From the NCBI RefSeq assembly GCF_000315625.1, contig NW_005434633.1, positions 279,867 to 343,866 of the forward strand: a DNA stretch of 64,000 bases, given 5' to 3'. Below the pieces are notes generated by a model. The model saw only the letters and a list, made by a program, of their open reading frames with translations. It was not told the origin of the DNA and made no database searches. The number at the start of each line of letters is the position of its first letter. Position 1 is the stretch's first letter. The stretch comes from Guillardia theta CCMP2712. Taxonomy: Eukaryota > Protista > Cryptophyta. Position numbers and translations under genes: made by a program. Below are positions 52,518 to 64,000 of the stretch, in pieces.

Positions 52518-54357
52518 ATGGCAGGGGAGAGCGAAGCACGCAGGCCATGCACAAGGTATGTGAAGTTGCGGTAGGAGGGAGCATGGAGAGCGCGACATGA
52601 AGTACACGACATGGTGGAGATTCCATGATGCGATGACAACCTTATGATGTGATTGAAATGTCTGAAGGGATGACCACGATGTTTGACATCCTGATGTTTT
52701 GAATGTTCATTCTTTCTGCTTTTATTGCTGTCCATGCTCGAGTTGGTATTGTGCATGTGCATAGCAATGCAACTTTTTGTATGTCTGAAAGCTTTGCTGC
52801 TCTATCGCGTGCTCCATGTGCTAGGGGCGTCACACGGTTATGGACATTCTTTGTACATGTGTAAACGTTGACAGTCTCCTCGCAACGAGAGTCGAGCGTG
52901 CTGACTTCTCAATTCGCAGGTTGACAACCTTGAAAGCTCTCCCTCCCTTGCTCCTGATGACATGCATGGTGGTCGTCCTGTTTCAATTTGTAGGCAGGAG
53001 GGATGCGATTGAATTAGCGGGGAAGCAGAACATTGAAGTTCCTCGGAATCTGCTGGAGCAGATGAATCAGGAGCTCGCAACGGACACCAAGACTATTCTT
53101 AACCTGAACCAGCATGTATCGCAGTTGCAGTCTGTGGTCTCGAGGTTGAAAAGCAAGCGAGGCGAACTTCGCCAGGTCCACTCGCAGAGGCAACATAGCA
53201 TGTTGGATACAGCCAGCAACGCATCTCCGGGAGAAGACGAGATGATGCAGCGAGCCCGACAGAATGCCATGGACAATCGGGAAGTTGCCTTCCTATCAGC
53301 GAGGCATCGCTTGCTTGAAAAGCAGTCGGATTTCGTCAGAGACTTTCCTTACTGGGCGGTCAACTCTGCGCTGGCAGATGCGTCAAAAGGGCATGGACAA
53401 GAGGGTGAATGGAGAGCGGACAGAGGTCCTCCATATGTCATGGCTACCACTCTCTACAGTGGGGTTGGGGTGAATCGCAAGGGAAGTGCTGACATGGTTC
53501 GAAAAATCTTGGGCATCAAGACTTCGTAATAATCTTTCGACGGTGCTGCCGTGTACTGACTGCATTGGATTCCTCAGGTTCCGATTCCACAAGTGGGAAG
53601 GAGACAGTTTCCTCACAGACTTTGACGGACCGCAGTTTCGCTACTTGTACCGGAATGTGCACTCCACTCTTGTGATTCCACCGCTGGAACGATCTGGTGA
53701 GCATTTTGTGGTCTCTGCTAGCCCTCCAGGGCTGACGATTCTGCTGTGGAAGGTGGACCCATCTTGGGATGGAATGCTGTCCATAGGCTGTATCTGTACG
53801 TCAATGAAGGGTCGAACACTCTCATTGTTCTCGGGGGGCCATCATCGGTCATCTTCATCAACAACAACGTGATCAACACGGATGGGGGGTATGATTTACA
53901 GTCAAAATGGGCCCCGGGTCCATACGAACGGCAGAAGGTGTGGATGGCTGCCGACTGTTGAGGAAGAGTGACCAGATGCTCGGCAGGAGGCAAGAGATAC
54001 ACCGCTTGCCGCATGCGCCACCACACTGCCAGGGCCTGGGACATCGGTTCATGGAGTAGCCATATCCTCTCTACCGTAAGACCTCAGCTCGCAAGGCGTA
54101 CATGCTTGCTGACGACATCAACAGTGCGGAGGCTGTATCATATTACGAGTCTGGAGATGTTTCAGTCATGTTCTCGATCCCTTCTGGGTAAGTCGTTTGC
54201 AGGACAGCGCTCGTTGGATCATTTCTTGCTCATTTTCTTGTTTTTACGCAGTTCTGGAAGAGTCCTGTATCTTGGATACAACTTTGCAGAGCCCTTGACG
54301 CCCTGGGTCCATGCCCTCATCGCCGCCACTCAATTTCCAGACTACAAGAAAAAATGA
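52518..54357 (+). CDS. Uncharacterised multi-exon protein with an N-terminal hydrophobic anchor and a short coiled coil
   Basis: Coding-like ORF pieces 52840-53529 (LLLMTCMVVVLFQFV, then a heptad-like stretch), 53486-53872, 53746-53961 and 53968-54357 are separated by short GT-AG introns. No family recognised, and the start is uncertain. Confidence 0.55.
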
Positions 54358-54460
54358 CCCTTCCCATTGCTTGCCTACTGTCTTTTATTACAATTCCCTC
54401 TCCAAGTTGAAAAATACATGAATGTTGGTTAAAGCATTTACAGCATCTGCAACAAAGCAA

Positions 54461-55684
54461 TCAGGTCTGCATGTACGGATGACCCTCGTCATCACTTCCC
54501 CTAGAACTGTGCCACTTCCAAACAACAAGTACAATGATTCCCAGCAAGAAAGATCCTCCTCCCACTGCCCACAAGATCGCAATCCCATCCGTGTTGGCCA
54601 GCTGGATAGGAGGTAGGTAAGGAGGCTCTTTAGGGAAGTAGTAGCATCCAAGTGGACGAGGAACAGTACCGTTGACATACGGTTGTACCTTAGAGACATA
54701 AGCATCACAGATAGCCTTTCCCAGAAGGAAGATGTGAGTCCTGTTAGGCGAATTGAGCACTTTGCCATCAACTACTATCCACGGACTGGACTGAATGGGA
54801 GGAAGGAAAGTTTTTGTCTTGTACAAGTTCCTCAGTAGGAGTTCCGAGGCCCGTTTGCTATGCATGCAATCTGCGATCTTCTTGACCGACATGCCGCCTC
54901 CAAACTCGTCAATGCACTGTAGAGCAACCTCAGACGGCATCCCCTGACAGACATGGGACGAGGAGGAGCCTGTATGAGCAACAGAATCGATAAGAGGCAC
55001 TTCGCCGTCAGCACACGTTCTGACAATGATGCAACTAGAAACAGGGAACCAATCTTCAAGCGCGGGATAAGCATCCTCGACACATGAGAGGATGGCGTTA
55101 CCGACACATTCGGAGGGTCCATGCTCGCAGAAAAATTCAGGGAAACCGGACTCCAGTGTAATATTCACATCCTCGGTCGAGTTCGATCCATCCACTTTCA
55201 CCACGGAGGGTACCTTAGGGTCCATGTCCTTCACCAGTGTATTTCCCGATGGATACAGGTGTAGCCTGACGATATCCTTCATTCCCGGGGCCTCGATGAC
55301 AGGCATGAGCACCCATTCTACAAACATCTGACTCGCCCTTCCCTGCGACTCCATGTAGACATCCACGTCAACATGGTAGTCGACTCCTTCAGGCGGTGAA
55401 AATGAAACATGCCGCAGAGGAATGACTTTCTTGCCTTGTGCGCTTGTAGTGTCCGCCAAACTGACCTTTGTCTTCCCCTTTGAAACGAATTTTCTCTTCA
55501 AGTCCGCGAGAATTCCTGACGTGGAATTGGTGACGCTCAACTTCGCCACACTTGCCACAACAACATCAACCCCATCATTCGGTATCCATGCAATGGCAAC
55601 TATCAAAAATGCCACCAAAATGGCTGAACCAAGGATTCTCGCCTTTCGTGCATGAATATTCCTAGACTCCCACGCACTTACCAT
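54461..55684 (-). CDS. GILT: GILT (gamma-interferon-inducible lysosomal thiol reductase)-family protein with a degenerate active site and a C-terminal TM helix
   Basis: GILT signature CEHGPSECVGN, plus VDVYMES, LHLYPSGN and PWIVVDG in the expected order. N-terminal signal/anchor and C-terminal TM (IAILWAVGGGSFLLGIIVLVVW). ATG at 55684 is followed directly by GTAAGT, a possible 39-nt in-frame intron. Confidence 0.8.
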   Translation of the reverse strand: MVSAWESRNIHARKARILGSAILVAFLIVAIAWIPNDGVDVVVASVAKLSVTNSTSGILADLKRKFVSKGKTKVSLADTTSAQGKKVIPLRHVSFSPPEGVDYHVDVDVYMESQGRASQMFVEWVLMPVIEAPGMKDIVRLHLYPSGNTLVKDMDPKVPSVVKVDGSNSTEDVNITLESGFPEFFCEHGPSECVGNAILSCVEDAYPALEDWFPVSSCIIVRTCADGEVPLIDSVAHTGSSSSHVCQGMPSEVALQCIDEFGGGMSVKKIADCMHSKRASELLLRNLYKTKTFLPPIQSSPWIVVDGKVLNSPNRTHIFLLGKAICDAYVSKVQPYVNGTVPRPLGCYYFPKEPPYLPPIQLANTDGIAILWAVGGGSFLLGIIVLVVWKWHSSRGSDDEGHPYMQT

Positions 55685-56428
55685 CTTGAAGTTTACTTCC
55701 TCCGAATTTCTTGTTTTTGTCTCCAAGTTGCCCTTTGACGCTCCCTTCTCTCTCCCCACCCTCCTGACTCACTTTCTTCCTTCCTCACAGCAACTCTGTC
55801 TCTCCCTCTTCGCCTCCTCGCAACCCCCCTCAACAGCTCCTTCGACGTCTGGCAGCCATTCCCGTCTATTTCTGGTAATCACTACCCCTACCCCCTTCTA
55901 TCTATCACCCCTATAAAGTTCCATGGACAGCACGAACTAACTCCTACTTGTCTTTCAAGTTCAACCGCTGTCCCCAAAAATTAACCGATATCTTTACTTA
56001 ACTGCATAGCGCCAGCCAGCGCGTGGCTCCGACTCCGAAGTTGGACCCGGTGACCGCTGACTGGCAGGCCGGGTTGCCGCAGGGGGTGCAACTTGACATC
56101 TTCAATGGGATCGCCCCTTGTGCATGTGCATTGCTGCGTACCGGACCGTCGGCGGCCCAGAGAAAACAAGTCTTCAGTCAAGTTCTTCTGCATCTAATCC
56201 GCGGCAGCACGAAGGCATGTGAAAAGAGATCGAGAGCAGTAAGTGTTTCACCAGCGAGTACGGGCCCGGGGGATGCGCAGAAAATTCATGATTGGCACTG
56301 AGGATTGGGTGTAAGGACTGTGACTCACCTCATAGAGTACACTAGGAGATATACTTCAGAGTCGCTGCTGATAGGTATAACAATCACATGACGGTTATAA
56401 ACCCGTTATTCTACTGTCAAACTGGGGG

Positions 56429-58925
56429 TATGTTTGATGGCACCAACGGAGAGCATGCAGACCGATCGCCCTCTCCTCTCCCCTCTCCTCCGACATCTCC
56501 CCCCTGCCCTCCTCCTACTCCTCCTCCTCCCTTGCTTGACCTCCTCCCAGTCGTGTTCAGCTCCTGTGCTAGGAAACGACGACGTCTACGGCTGGATCTA
56601 CGTCGTTGGTGACTGGAGGGCTGGACTCGGGTAGGCAGGTCCTGAGATAAGAGCAGGCTCGGGCGGAAACATCATCAAGAGCTCTGATGCTGGATCGACC
56701 TGGCAATGTGTGCATTGTGGTCTTATGAGGCTCACGACCGAGGATCTTTACGACGTAAACTTCAACAGCGCCTTGCGGTTCGTCTGACTGATTGGTCAAT
56801 TTGACGGTTGACAATCGTGGAAGAGGTGTAGCTGTGGGCAGGAATGGTGTGATCCTGAGCACATGGAACGGAGGAGCCAACTGGCAGCTCAATCAGGACT
56901 TTCCGATCCATCTTTACGGGGTGCATGTGTTCCGCCCCCTTCAGATCTACGTAGGAGGGCACACCCATGTTGTGAGGAAATGATGATGCTTGCAAGGTTG
57001 TCGGCGATGGAGGAAGTGTATTGTATACCGACAATGGCGGGGACACGTGGAATCGACTCGCAACGATCGAGGCGGTTGATGTCCAAGGAAAGAAGGTCCT
57101 GCCCACCTTGAACGCTATCCGTGAGCGAAAGAAGGACAGAGGGTGAGCAGTGAAGGTTGACACCTTGAACAGGCTTCACGGACAACTCCAACGCAATTGT
57201 TGTCGGGCAGGCGAACTTCTGGTAAACATCGTGTTCAGCAGCTCCCTTGTGTGATGGAAGGATATCAGGTGGGTAACGTCCGACGGCGGTACCACGTGGA
57301 CCAGAAACAACTTGACTGGTCAGTTGGACAGATCAAAGTTTCTTTTGTTTTATTTTCATATCTCATCCCCCTTATTCATCTCTGTGTGAATTTCCCAGGT
57401 GTTCCCTGGAACGAACAAGGTGTGGTCATGCGACGCCTAGCGCTGGTGAGTGTGTGTTGTGCTGGTGGCAAAAAACATCGATTCACCAAGTCGCAGGACG
57501 AGATAGCACACTTTGTAAGATGGCACTTGCTTGCATGGATGTAGCTTCCTTTTGAATTGGAGCTCATGTTTCGATTCCTTTCGTTTTCAAGATTGCGATT
57601 GGAAACAAGGGGATTGTGTACACGATATCAAGACAGACGAAGTACCTCATTGCGACACTTTGACATGTTGGGAACATTGATGTTTTCTCGTCAGCGATCA
57701 AAACGATGCTGTGGAATTTACATGGAAGAAGGCATGTTGCGAAATCTTTGTTGTCTTGATTGACATGCGTCTGCGCAGCTCACCGTCGTTGCTCAGAACC
57801 TTTCGAGAGGTGCGTAAACATTTCGAAGTTTGCAAGAAGAGCGTCTATGAGCTGTCGACAATAATCATGTGCTTGATATCGGCAAACGCCCATATGTCGA
57901 GAACATTGTTGTTGTTGTTCATGATGTCAAGTCTTGGAGAGTGATGTTATCACTAACCATGTTTCATGTCTCAGTGGAGTTCTATGGATCCTATACCCTC
58001 AACTTATCAACATTCGGTGAGTGAGAAGGCTCCATCTCAGGAGAAACAAAGGATCTGAATTGTCTTTCTCAGTGGTTGTTGGCAATGATGCAGATAGAGG
58101 AATCGTCTATTCTTCTTTTGGCGCATCCGAGGTTTGAACATTTCTATGTGTTCGTGATATTCCTGGAACATTGTTTTCCTGGACACTACCATAAGAAGGA
58201 TTGCATAGCTACACACACCTTCGTATCCTCCTCCTCCTCCTCCTCCTTCTCCTCCTTCTCCTCCTTCTCCTCCTTCTCCTCCTTCTCCTCCTTCTCCTTC
58301 TCCTCCTCCTCCTTCATCAGCATCATCAACAACATTGACAGTTACCAAAAGTTTGCATCTCCTTCAAAATCGCCCATTCATTCAAGTCCATAACACATCA
58401 AATCAGTCTCTCACCGTCAAAGACCTTCNNNNNNNNNNNNNNNNNNNNNNNNNNNNNNNNNNNNNNNNNNNNNNNNNNNNNNNNNNNNNNNNNNNNNNNN
58501 NNNNNNNNNNNNNNNNNNNNNNNNNNNNTCTCTCCCTAATTTCCTCCTTGTCAGTCGTCGCTACCAGCGGAGGGGCGGTCCTGAGATCGCAAGACTGTGC
58601 GACGAAATGGACCCAGTGAGTTGTCTTCCTGTCCGCCGCTTCCCATCCTCTTGCGTTCCTGCCCTTCCTCCCTTCCTCCCTCTCCTTCTTATCCTCTGCT
58701 CTTTCGGATCTTATTGCCTCCTCTCAGTTTTTCATGTCCTTCTCCTCCCCTTCATTCACCCTCTCCTCCTTCGTTCTCTTGCCGTTTTTCTCTTCCCTTC
58801 CCACCCCCCCCCTCTCCATACCTCCCCTCTCTCCCACCTGCTCCAGTAGCTTCCACTGATTCTTTTGGCAGGCAGGTGGTACCAGATGCAGCAAAGGCAA
58901 CTCAATGGACAGCGATAGACGGTGA
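56429..58925 (+). CDS. BNR/Asp-box repeat beta-propeller protein (Ycf48/sialidase-like fold), many short exons, spans the assembly gap
   Basis: Repeated [ST]xDGGxTW motifs on successive exons: IIKSSDAGSTWQ, AVGRNGVILSTWNGGANWQ, VGDGGSVLYTDNGGDTWN, VTSDGGTTWT, and after the gap GGAVLRSQDCATKWT. Both ends are uncertain. Confidence 0.6.
58225..58320. repeat. (CTC/CTT)n pyrimidine microsatellite, probably intronic
   Basis: Direct inspection. Confidence 0.8.
58429..58528. other. Scaffold gap (100 N)
   Basis: Run of exactly 100 N, typical of a placeholder for a gap of unknown size. Confidence 0.99.
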
Positions 58926-59654
58926 GATCGGTGGTGGTGGTGGACGAGGAGGAGCGGTAGAAAAAGAGGAAAGAAGGGGAGGAAGCGACGAGAAAAGGGA
59001 AGCAGGCAACCAGGATGGGAGAAGGCGAAGGAGGAGGAGAGGAGATGGCGAGGGGCTGTGCAGGAAGAGAAGGCAGGGACGAAGAGAGGAGGAGGAAATG
59101 GAGACGGGCTGGTGGGATGTGTGAAAGACCAGGAAGGGGAGCGAGGGGAGGGGCTTGACGTGTGGGAGGGTGTGAGTGGGGTAGGACGAGGAGAAGGGGC
59201 TTAGAGCGCGGGGCGGGGGCGGGGCGGTGGTGGAGGAAGAGGAGAGTAACGGCAACGCGAGCAGGCAGGAGTGTCTCGCAGGAATCGGGCGCAGGTCTGC
59301 GGGTTCATCAGGTGAGAGAGCAGGACGGAGGAAGAGGAAGACTGAAGTTACAGCTCCAGACCAGCTGGACGACGATGATGACGATGACAATGATGATGAT
59401 GACAACAAGCGCATTCGGATGGACTTCACCGTGAAGATCATGTGGAGTTACAGAGGCAGAGGCGGGAGCAGGAGAAGGGGAAGGAGCAGGAGCAGGAGCA
59501 GAGGAAGTGGCGATGAGAGTCATGGTGAGGTTCAAGGCTGCGAGCAATGAAGTGAGGAGGAGTGAGCAAGCAGGGTAACCAACAGGCTAGTCACTCAACC
59601 TGTTCACAACATACAACTTCTCCTCCTCCTCCTCCTCCTCCTCCTCCTCCGCTC

Positions 59655-62600
59655 TCATGAATCGAGACCCAGGGCGCTGGCAAGGCTCCTCCTCTCCTCC
59701 ATCGACAGCCGCGGGCCCAGCTCCCTGCAAGTGAAGTCACTTGCTGGCAAGTGAGGAGTAGGAGGAGGTACGAGCAGAGCGTGAGGAGAGCCTTGAAGAC
59801 ATCTCCTCCTCCCTCCTTGCGCTCTGAAGATAACAGAAGTGAGAGACTGTAGGAGCAGGTGGGGGGCGAGATGAGAGGGGAGGAGGAGGAGGAGGAGGAG
59901 GAAGCAGGTACATCAGAACATAACGAGGAGAGCAGGAGTAGGAGGACACAGCATGAGGAGAAGGGAAGAAGGAAAACATGGGCAGGAGAAGAGGAGTGCA
60001 AGAGGAGGAGGAAGACGGGTAGAGCAGGAGAGAAGGGAGTAGAAGTTGTGAAGAGACGACGACGAACAGCGGGCATGAAACCTGAACGAGCCATCGCCTG
60101 GCTCACTGTTGGCTTGACCTCCTCCTTCAACGTAGTTCCTGCTCGCTGGCTGCTCGAACCGACTTGCCCGAACATCTGCCAGGAGTAAGAGGCAGGAGTG
60201 AGAGCGCAGGAGGGAGCGAGAGGCAGGACGAAGGAAGTAAGAATGAGCGAGGAAGAAGCAGAAGGGATGCAACAGGAGCACGGGCAGGAGCAGGACGGGA
60301 AAAAGGAGGAGGAGAAAGAGAGGAGATATTTTGGTGGTTTTTGGTGGGGGGTGGGGGGAAGAAAGAGGAGGAGAAGGAGGTAAACGAGAGGAGGGGAAGA
60401 GGAGGAGAAGGAGGTAAACGAGAGGGAGGGGTGGGGTGGGGGTGGGGGGGCGGAATGCTGCTAACATCGGGGTCGAACTCCTCGTGCTCCTGAGGAACAA
60501 ACTCCTGCGCATCAAGACGCCTGAGGACCCGCAAACAGGCGGAGGGCAGCCGTACGCACCTCCCAAGGGTCCTCGTCGAGTTCGGAGCCAGCAGCCTCGT
60601 CCACCAGGACCACCTCTCCTCCTCGGATGAAGATCTCCTTCTTGTGCCAGACGTTGAGAAAGAACTCGCCCGCCATCCCCTTCTCGTGCGTCATGGGGAA
60701 GACGACGTAGGGAGAGTCTGCCGGGCTGAGCTGGAGGGTGAAGGGCAGGGACACATCCCGGTCCTTCCTGAAGTGACTGAAGGCGATCAGGTCACTTTTT
60801 CTCATCCTCGCTCCCTTCTCCACCACCTGCCCACTCAGCACGTCAGGTCGGGCAGGACCCTACAGATACTCACCGTCGACATCTTAGCGACGGCAAACCC
60901 GATGCCGGCCTCGTAGCTGTTGGGCACCCAGCTCGGGTCGTCTCTGTGTGCTCTAGAGTCCCGCTGGCTGAGGATGATGACGCAGGGGGTCTTCTCCTTG
61001 ACAAACAGGTGGAACTGAGGGTTTGACAGCCATGCCGCCGGCTCCCGCGACGTGGGAGGGCCCATGGCGGTCCCTCGGTGGGGAGCTGGGGACTTGGTGG
61101 GCTTGAACCACTTGCCCTTCATCCTGGTGCAGCGCCAGGGGTCCTTGAAGATGCGGCAGATGGAGAGAGTATCGAAGAGGTTGAAGAAGTCCTGATCCCA
61201 CATCCAGAAGCTCCCCTCCTCCCCGTTCCCTTCCTGCCCGCACAGCGACGCGACTCGGTCGTACTCCACCCACCTGTCGCTCTTGGGCGACCAGGGGCCC
61301 GTCCACGAGCCCTTGGGCCAGGGGTTTCTGATCTTGAGGAGGCGGAGGATTGAGTCCCGCTCATGCATCTTTTCGCCGATCTCGACCAGGTCCAGCTCCT
61401 TGCTGTCGATAACGGAGTAGCACTGGAGAGGTTCCAGCCCCATGTACCTCTCCCTCGCTCCTCTGTTGTTCTGGATGGCGCAGCCGACCAGCGACTCTGA
61501 CTTGAGCAGCTGCACGATCTCCTTCCACAGCATCCCGTTCTTGATCCGAGCCTCCACGTCAGGGTCGGAGAACTTAAGTTTCTGCGGGAGGAAACGCGTC
61601 AGTGGGAGCGAGGAGGAGAGATCGTCGGCGGTACCTGCGGCAGCCCGCCTGTCAGGTCCTTGAGCGCGTACTGGACGCTTCCTTGGTACAGGAGCTCGTA
61701 GCAGCCATGAAGCTTCGCGTACGCCTTCTCGAGGATCGGCAGCCACAGTTCCGTGCCCTTCTGGGACCTGGAGAACAGGAAGTTTCCTTGCATCGTGGCA
61801 GGCAGCCTGTCGTCGACCGTCACGTTCACCCACTTCCCGTTCTTGTAGAAGCGGACGGTGAAGATCCCGCAGTTCTCGCAGCTGGGGGAAGAGTAGCCGA
61901 CGAAGAGCTTGCGGACCAGCTCGGGCCGGGTGACCAGCATCGCAAGGGCCCCCACAAACCAAGAGTTCGCCAGCGCCCCCATGCACACGTGCGGGTGGAT
62001 CACCTGCGAGTCCTTGGGGTACAGTTTGGGCCGCTCGGTCCCGAGTTTGACCTCCAGGCTGTCGTAGGAGATCTGGAACGGCCGCAGCCATCGGATGTTC
62101 TGTACCTTGTCATCGAGGGCCGCGAGCTGGACAGCAGCTGAGGGGTTCGAGGGGTCCATGAAGATCGACTGCTCCTCAGCTGGGAACTCAGCGTCGTAGT
62201 ACCGGTACTCGTTGTCCGTGTCCTTGAAGATGACTGGCTCGCAGGTGACGTGGCGGTTGCAAAGCTCGAGGATATCAGGCTGCTGGAGTCGGATGACTGC
62301 CGGCTTCTCGATGAAAGCTTCCTCCGGGCCCAGGACAGTCTTGAGAAACTCGTCAGGTTCATCCTCCTCCTCCTCCTCCTCCTCCTCCTCCTCTTCCTCA
62401 GCCTCCTTGAGATACTCCAGGGCGGCAGACCCTGACATATGGATCTGCTCGATCTTGACGGGCTTGTTGCTTCTGACCGTGAGGTAGAACTTGCCGTCGA
62501 CGTTGGGCGTGTGGGTCATGGCGATGACAGCGTAAGGGCCCCCGCTAGGGTCGAGCACGAGCGGGAAGACTTGCAAGCTGACGTCTCGATCCCTCTTGAA

Positions 62601-63962
62601 TGGGTATCCCCTGGCCACGACGTCTCCAGCTCGGAGCGAGCTGTCGAGTCCGTTTTCTGACCTCTTGATAGCGTGCGCTATGGCGCCGACCGTCGTGACC
62701 AGGAATCCGATGGCGTTGTCGTATCGATTCCACTGGGCCTCGTGATGTATCTCCGACGACTTGTTGCCGTAGCACCTGGCATCCCACTGGGACATAGAGA
62801 TAGAGAACTGAGTGCGAGTCGACACGGTGAGCTTGTAGATCGGGCTGGTCCACCACAAGTTGCGCTTGTCTGGGCAGCCGCCGCTGTTGAAGGCCGCCTC
62901 CCACCTCCCTCTGAGCAGCTCCTCCGACCAAGATGGCGGGAACCGGATGCAGATGAAGAGCATGTTGAAGTACTTGCTGAAGTCCTCAAACAGCATCCAG
63001 AACGTCCCGTCGTTCTCGGGGATGTAGTTGAGCATCCAGTCAGGAGCGTCCGGGTACCTCTCCCTCAGCTTCTCCCACTCCGGGGCGAAGTCGGCCCACC
63101 TTCCCGTCCACTCCTTCCTACCCCAAGGGTTCCTGACCTGGAGGAAACGGAGGTCGCGGTACTCCTTCAGGTCGACGATGCTGTACGCGTGCCCCTTCAG
63201 GATCCCCCCGTCGCTCTCCTGATGCCTGGCCTCCCCCTTGCTGACGGAGTAGCTGCAGCCACAAAGGCTATTCTGCTTCATCCAGAGCTTCAGTTTCTGC
63301 CACAGGAACCCGTTCTCGCACTCGTCCCGCGTCTGAGGATCCATCAGGTTGACCAGGTGAGGGTCACCTCCTGTGAGGTCCTTCAGTGCGTACGTCATCG
63401 CTCCTGTCTCCAGGTTCCTGTAGCACCTCCCATGCATCTTCGCGTACGCCTTCTCGATCAGCATCACCCAAATCTCGCACACGTCCTTGCAGCGCGCGTA
63501 CAGCGGCTCCCCGCTCGGGCTGCAGGGGATCCTGTCGTCGATGCTGACGTACTTCCACCTGCCGTTCTTGTAGAACCTGATGGTATAGATCCCTTGCGAG
63601 CCATACTCCGTAGATGCGAACAAGTTCCTTAGCAGATCTCGGCGGGAGGCGACACAGGACAGGGCGCTCAAGAACCAGCAGTCGCCCAGCGCTCCCTGCA
63701 CTACATCGCTCGGGTTGGCGCCATCGACGAACAGCTGCGGCTGCCGCCCATGTGCGAGCTTGGGGACGAACTCAGAGGGTCTCAGCCACTGAACCTCGTC
63801 AACTGGAACATGCCCTACAGGTGCCTCGGTCTGTACGAAGAGGGAGCGGGAGCTGGCGGGGAACTCAGGGTCGACGAACTTTCCGTCTCTTCCTCTGAAC
63901 TGCTCCAAGAGCTCTCTCTCGCTCTTCCCGGTCTTCGGAACATACTGGATGCTCTTCATCAT
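59655..63962 (-). CDS. Calpain-family cysteine protease with two tandem CysPc + domain III units (first intact, second degenerate); may extend beyond the window
   Basis: Unit 1: FVDPEFP, QGALGDCWFLSAL, EKAYAK, GHAYSI, RNPWG, DGTFWM, then domain III. Unit 2: YYDAEFP, MGALANSWFVGAL, EKAYAK, LQCYSV, RNPWP, EGSFWM, NPQF. Introns at 61582-61634 and 60827-60873 join ORFs 61599-63962, 60835-62091 and 60512-60841. Further small exons down to a stop at ~59655 are inferred. Confidence 0.9.
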
Positions 63963-64000
63963 GGTCGCCCGCTGCCCCTATCCCTCCTTGAGTAATGTCC

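Noticed and set aside
56429-58925. Calling the BNR-repeat gene the plastid PSII assembly factor Ycf48/HCF136
   Set aside because: Only the generic Asp-box motif is visible. Orthology cannot be supported without alignment.
58597-60566. Multiple low-complexity ORFs on both strands after the gap
   Set aside because: Mostly translations of purine/pyrimidine-tract introns. Only small exons are plausible, and these were assigned tentatively to the flanking genes.

Overview
Eukaryotic nuclear DNA with short (~40-60 nt) GT-AG introns, microsatellites and one 100-N scaffold gap. The style resembles a cryptophyte alga such as Guillardia theta, but that assignment is inference and was not verified. More than half of the window is one giant gene (7004-41854). 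The ORF track splits it into four ORFs, and four in-frame-compatible introns join them into a predicted ~11,550-aa single-pass membrane protein. It has a 27-kb uninterrupted first exon, a ~9,000-aa Cys-rich (GCC2/GCC3, TNFR/ephrin-receptor-like) ectodomain with three inserted SBBP-like beta-propellers, one TM helix, DPxTG-type repeats and a long repeated charged helical tail. The middle of the ectodomain (14978-30075) is an array of 8 super-repeats built by mixing near-identical GC-rich cassettes with unique AT-richer alternative cassettes in fixed slots. Other genes are DMAP1/SWC4, a Cys-tract protein, an SMP+C2 synaptotagmin-like protein, a long multi-C2 gene, a small SH3-like-fold protein, a GILT-family protein lacking its active-site Cys, a BNR/Ycf48-like beta-propeller protein, and a tandem calpain with one intact and one degenerate protease core. 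A strand-biased ~116-bp satellite lies next to a RING-finger ORF. No rRNA, tRNA, CRISPR array or recognisable transposase was seen.
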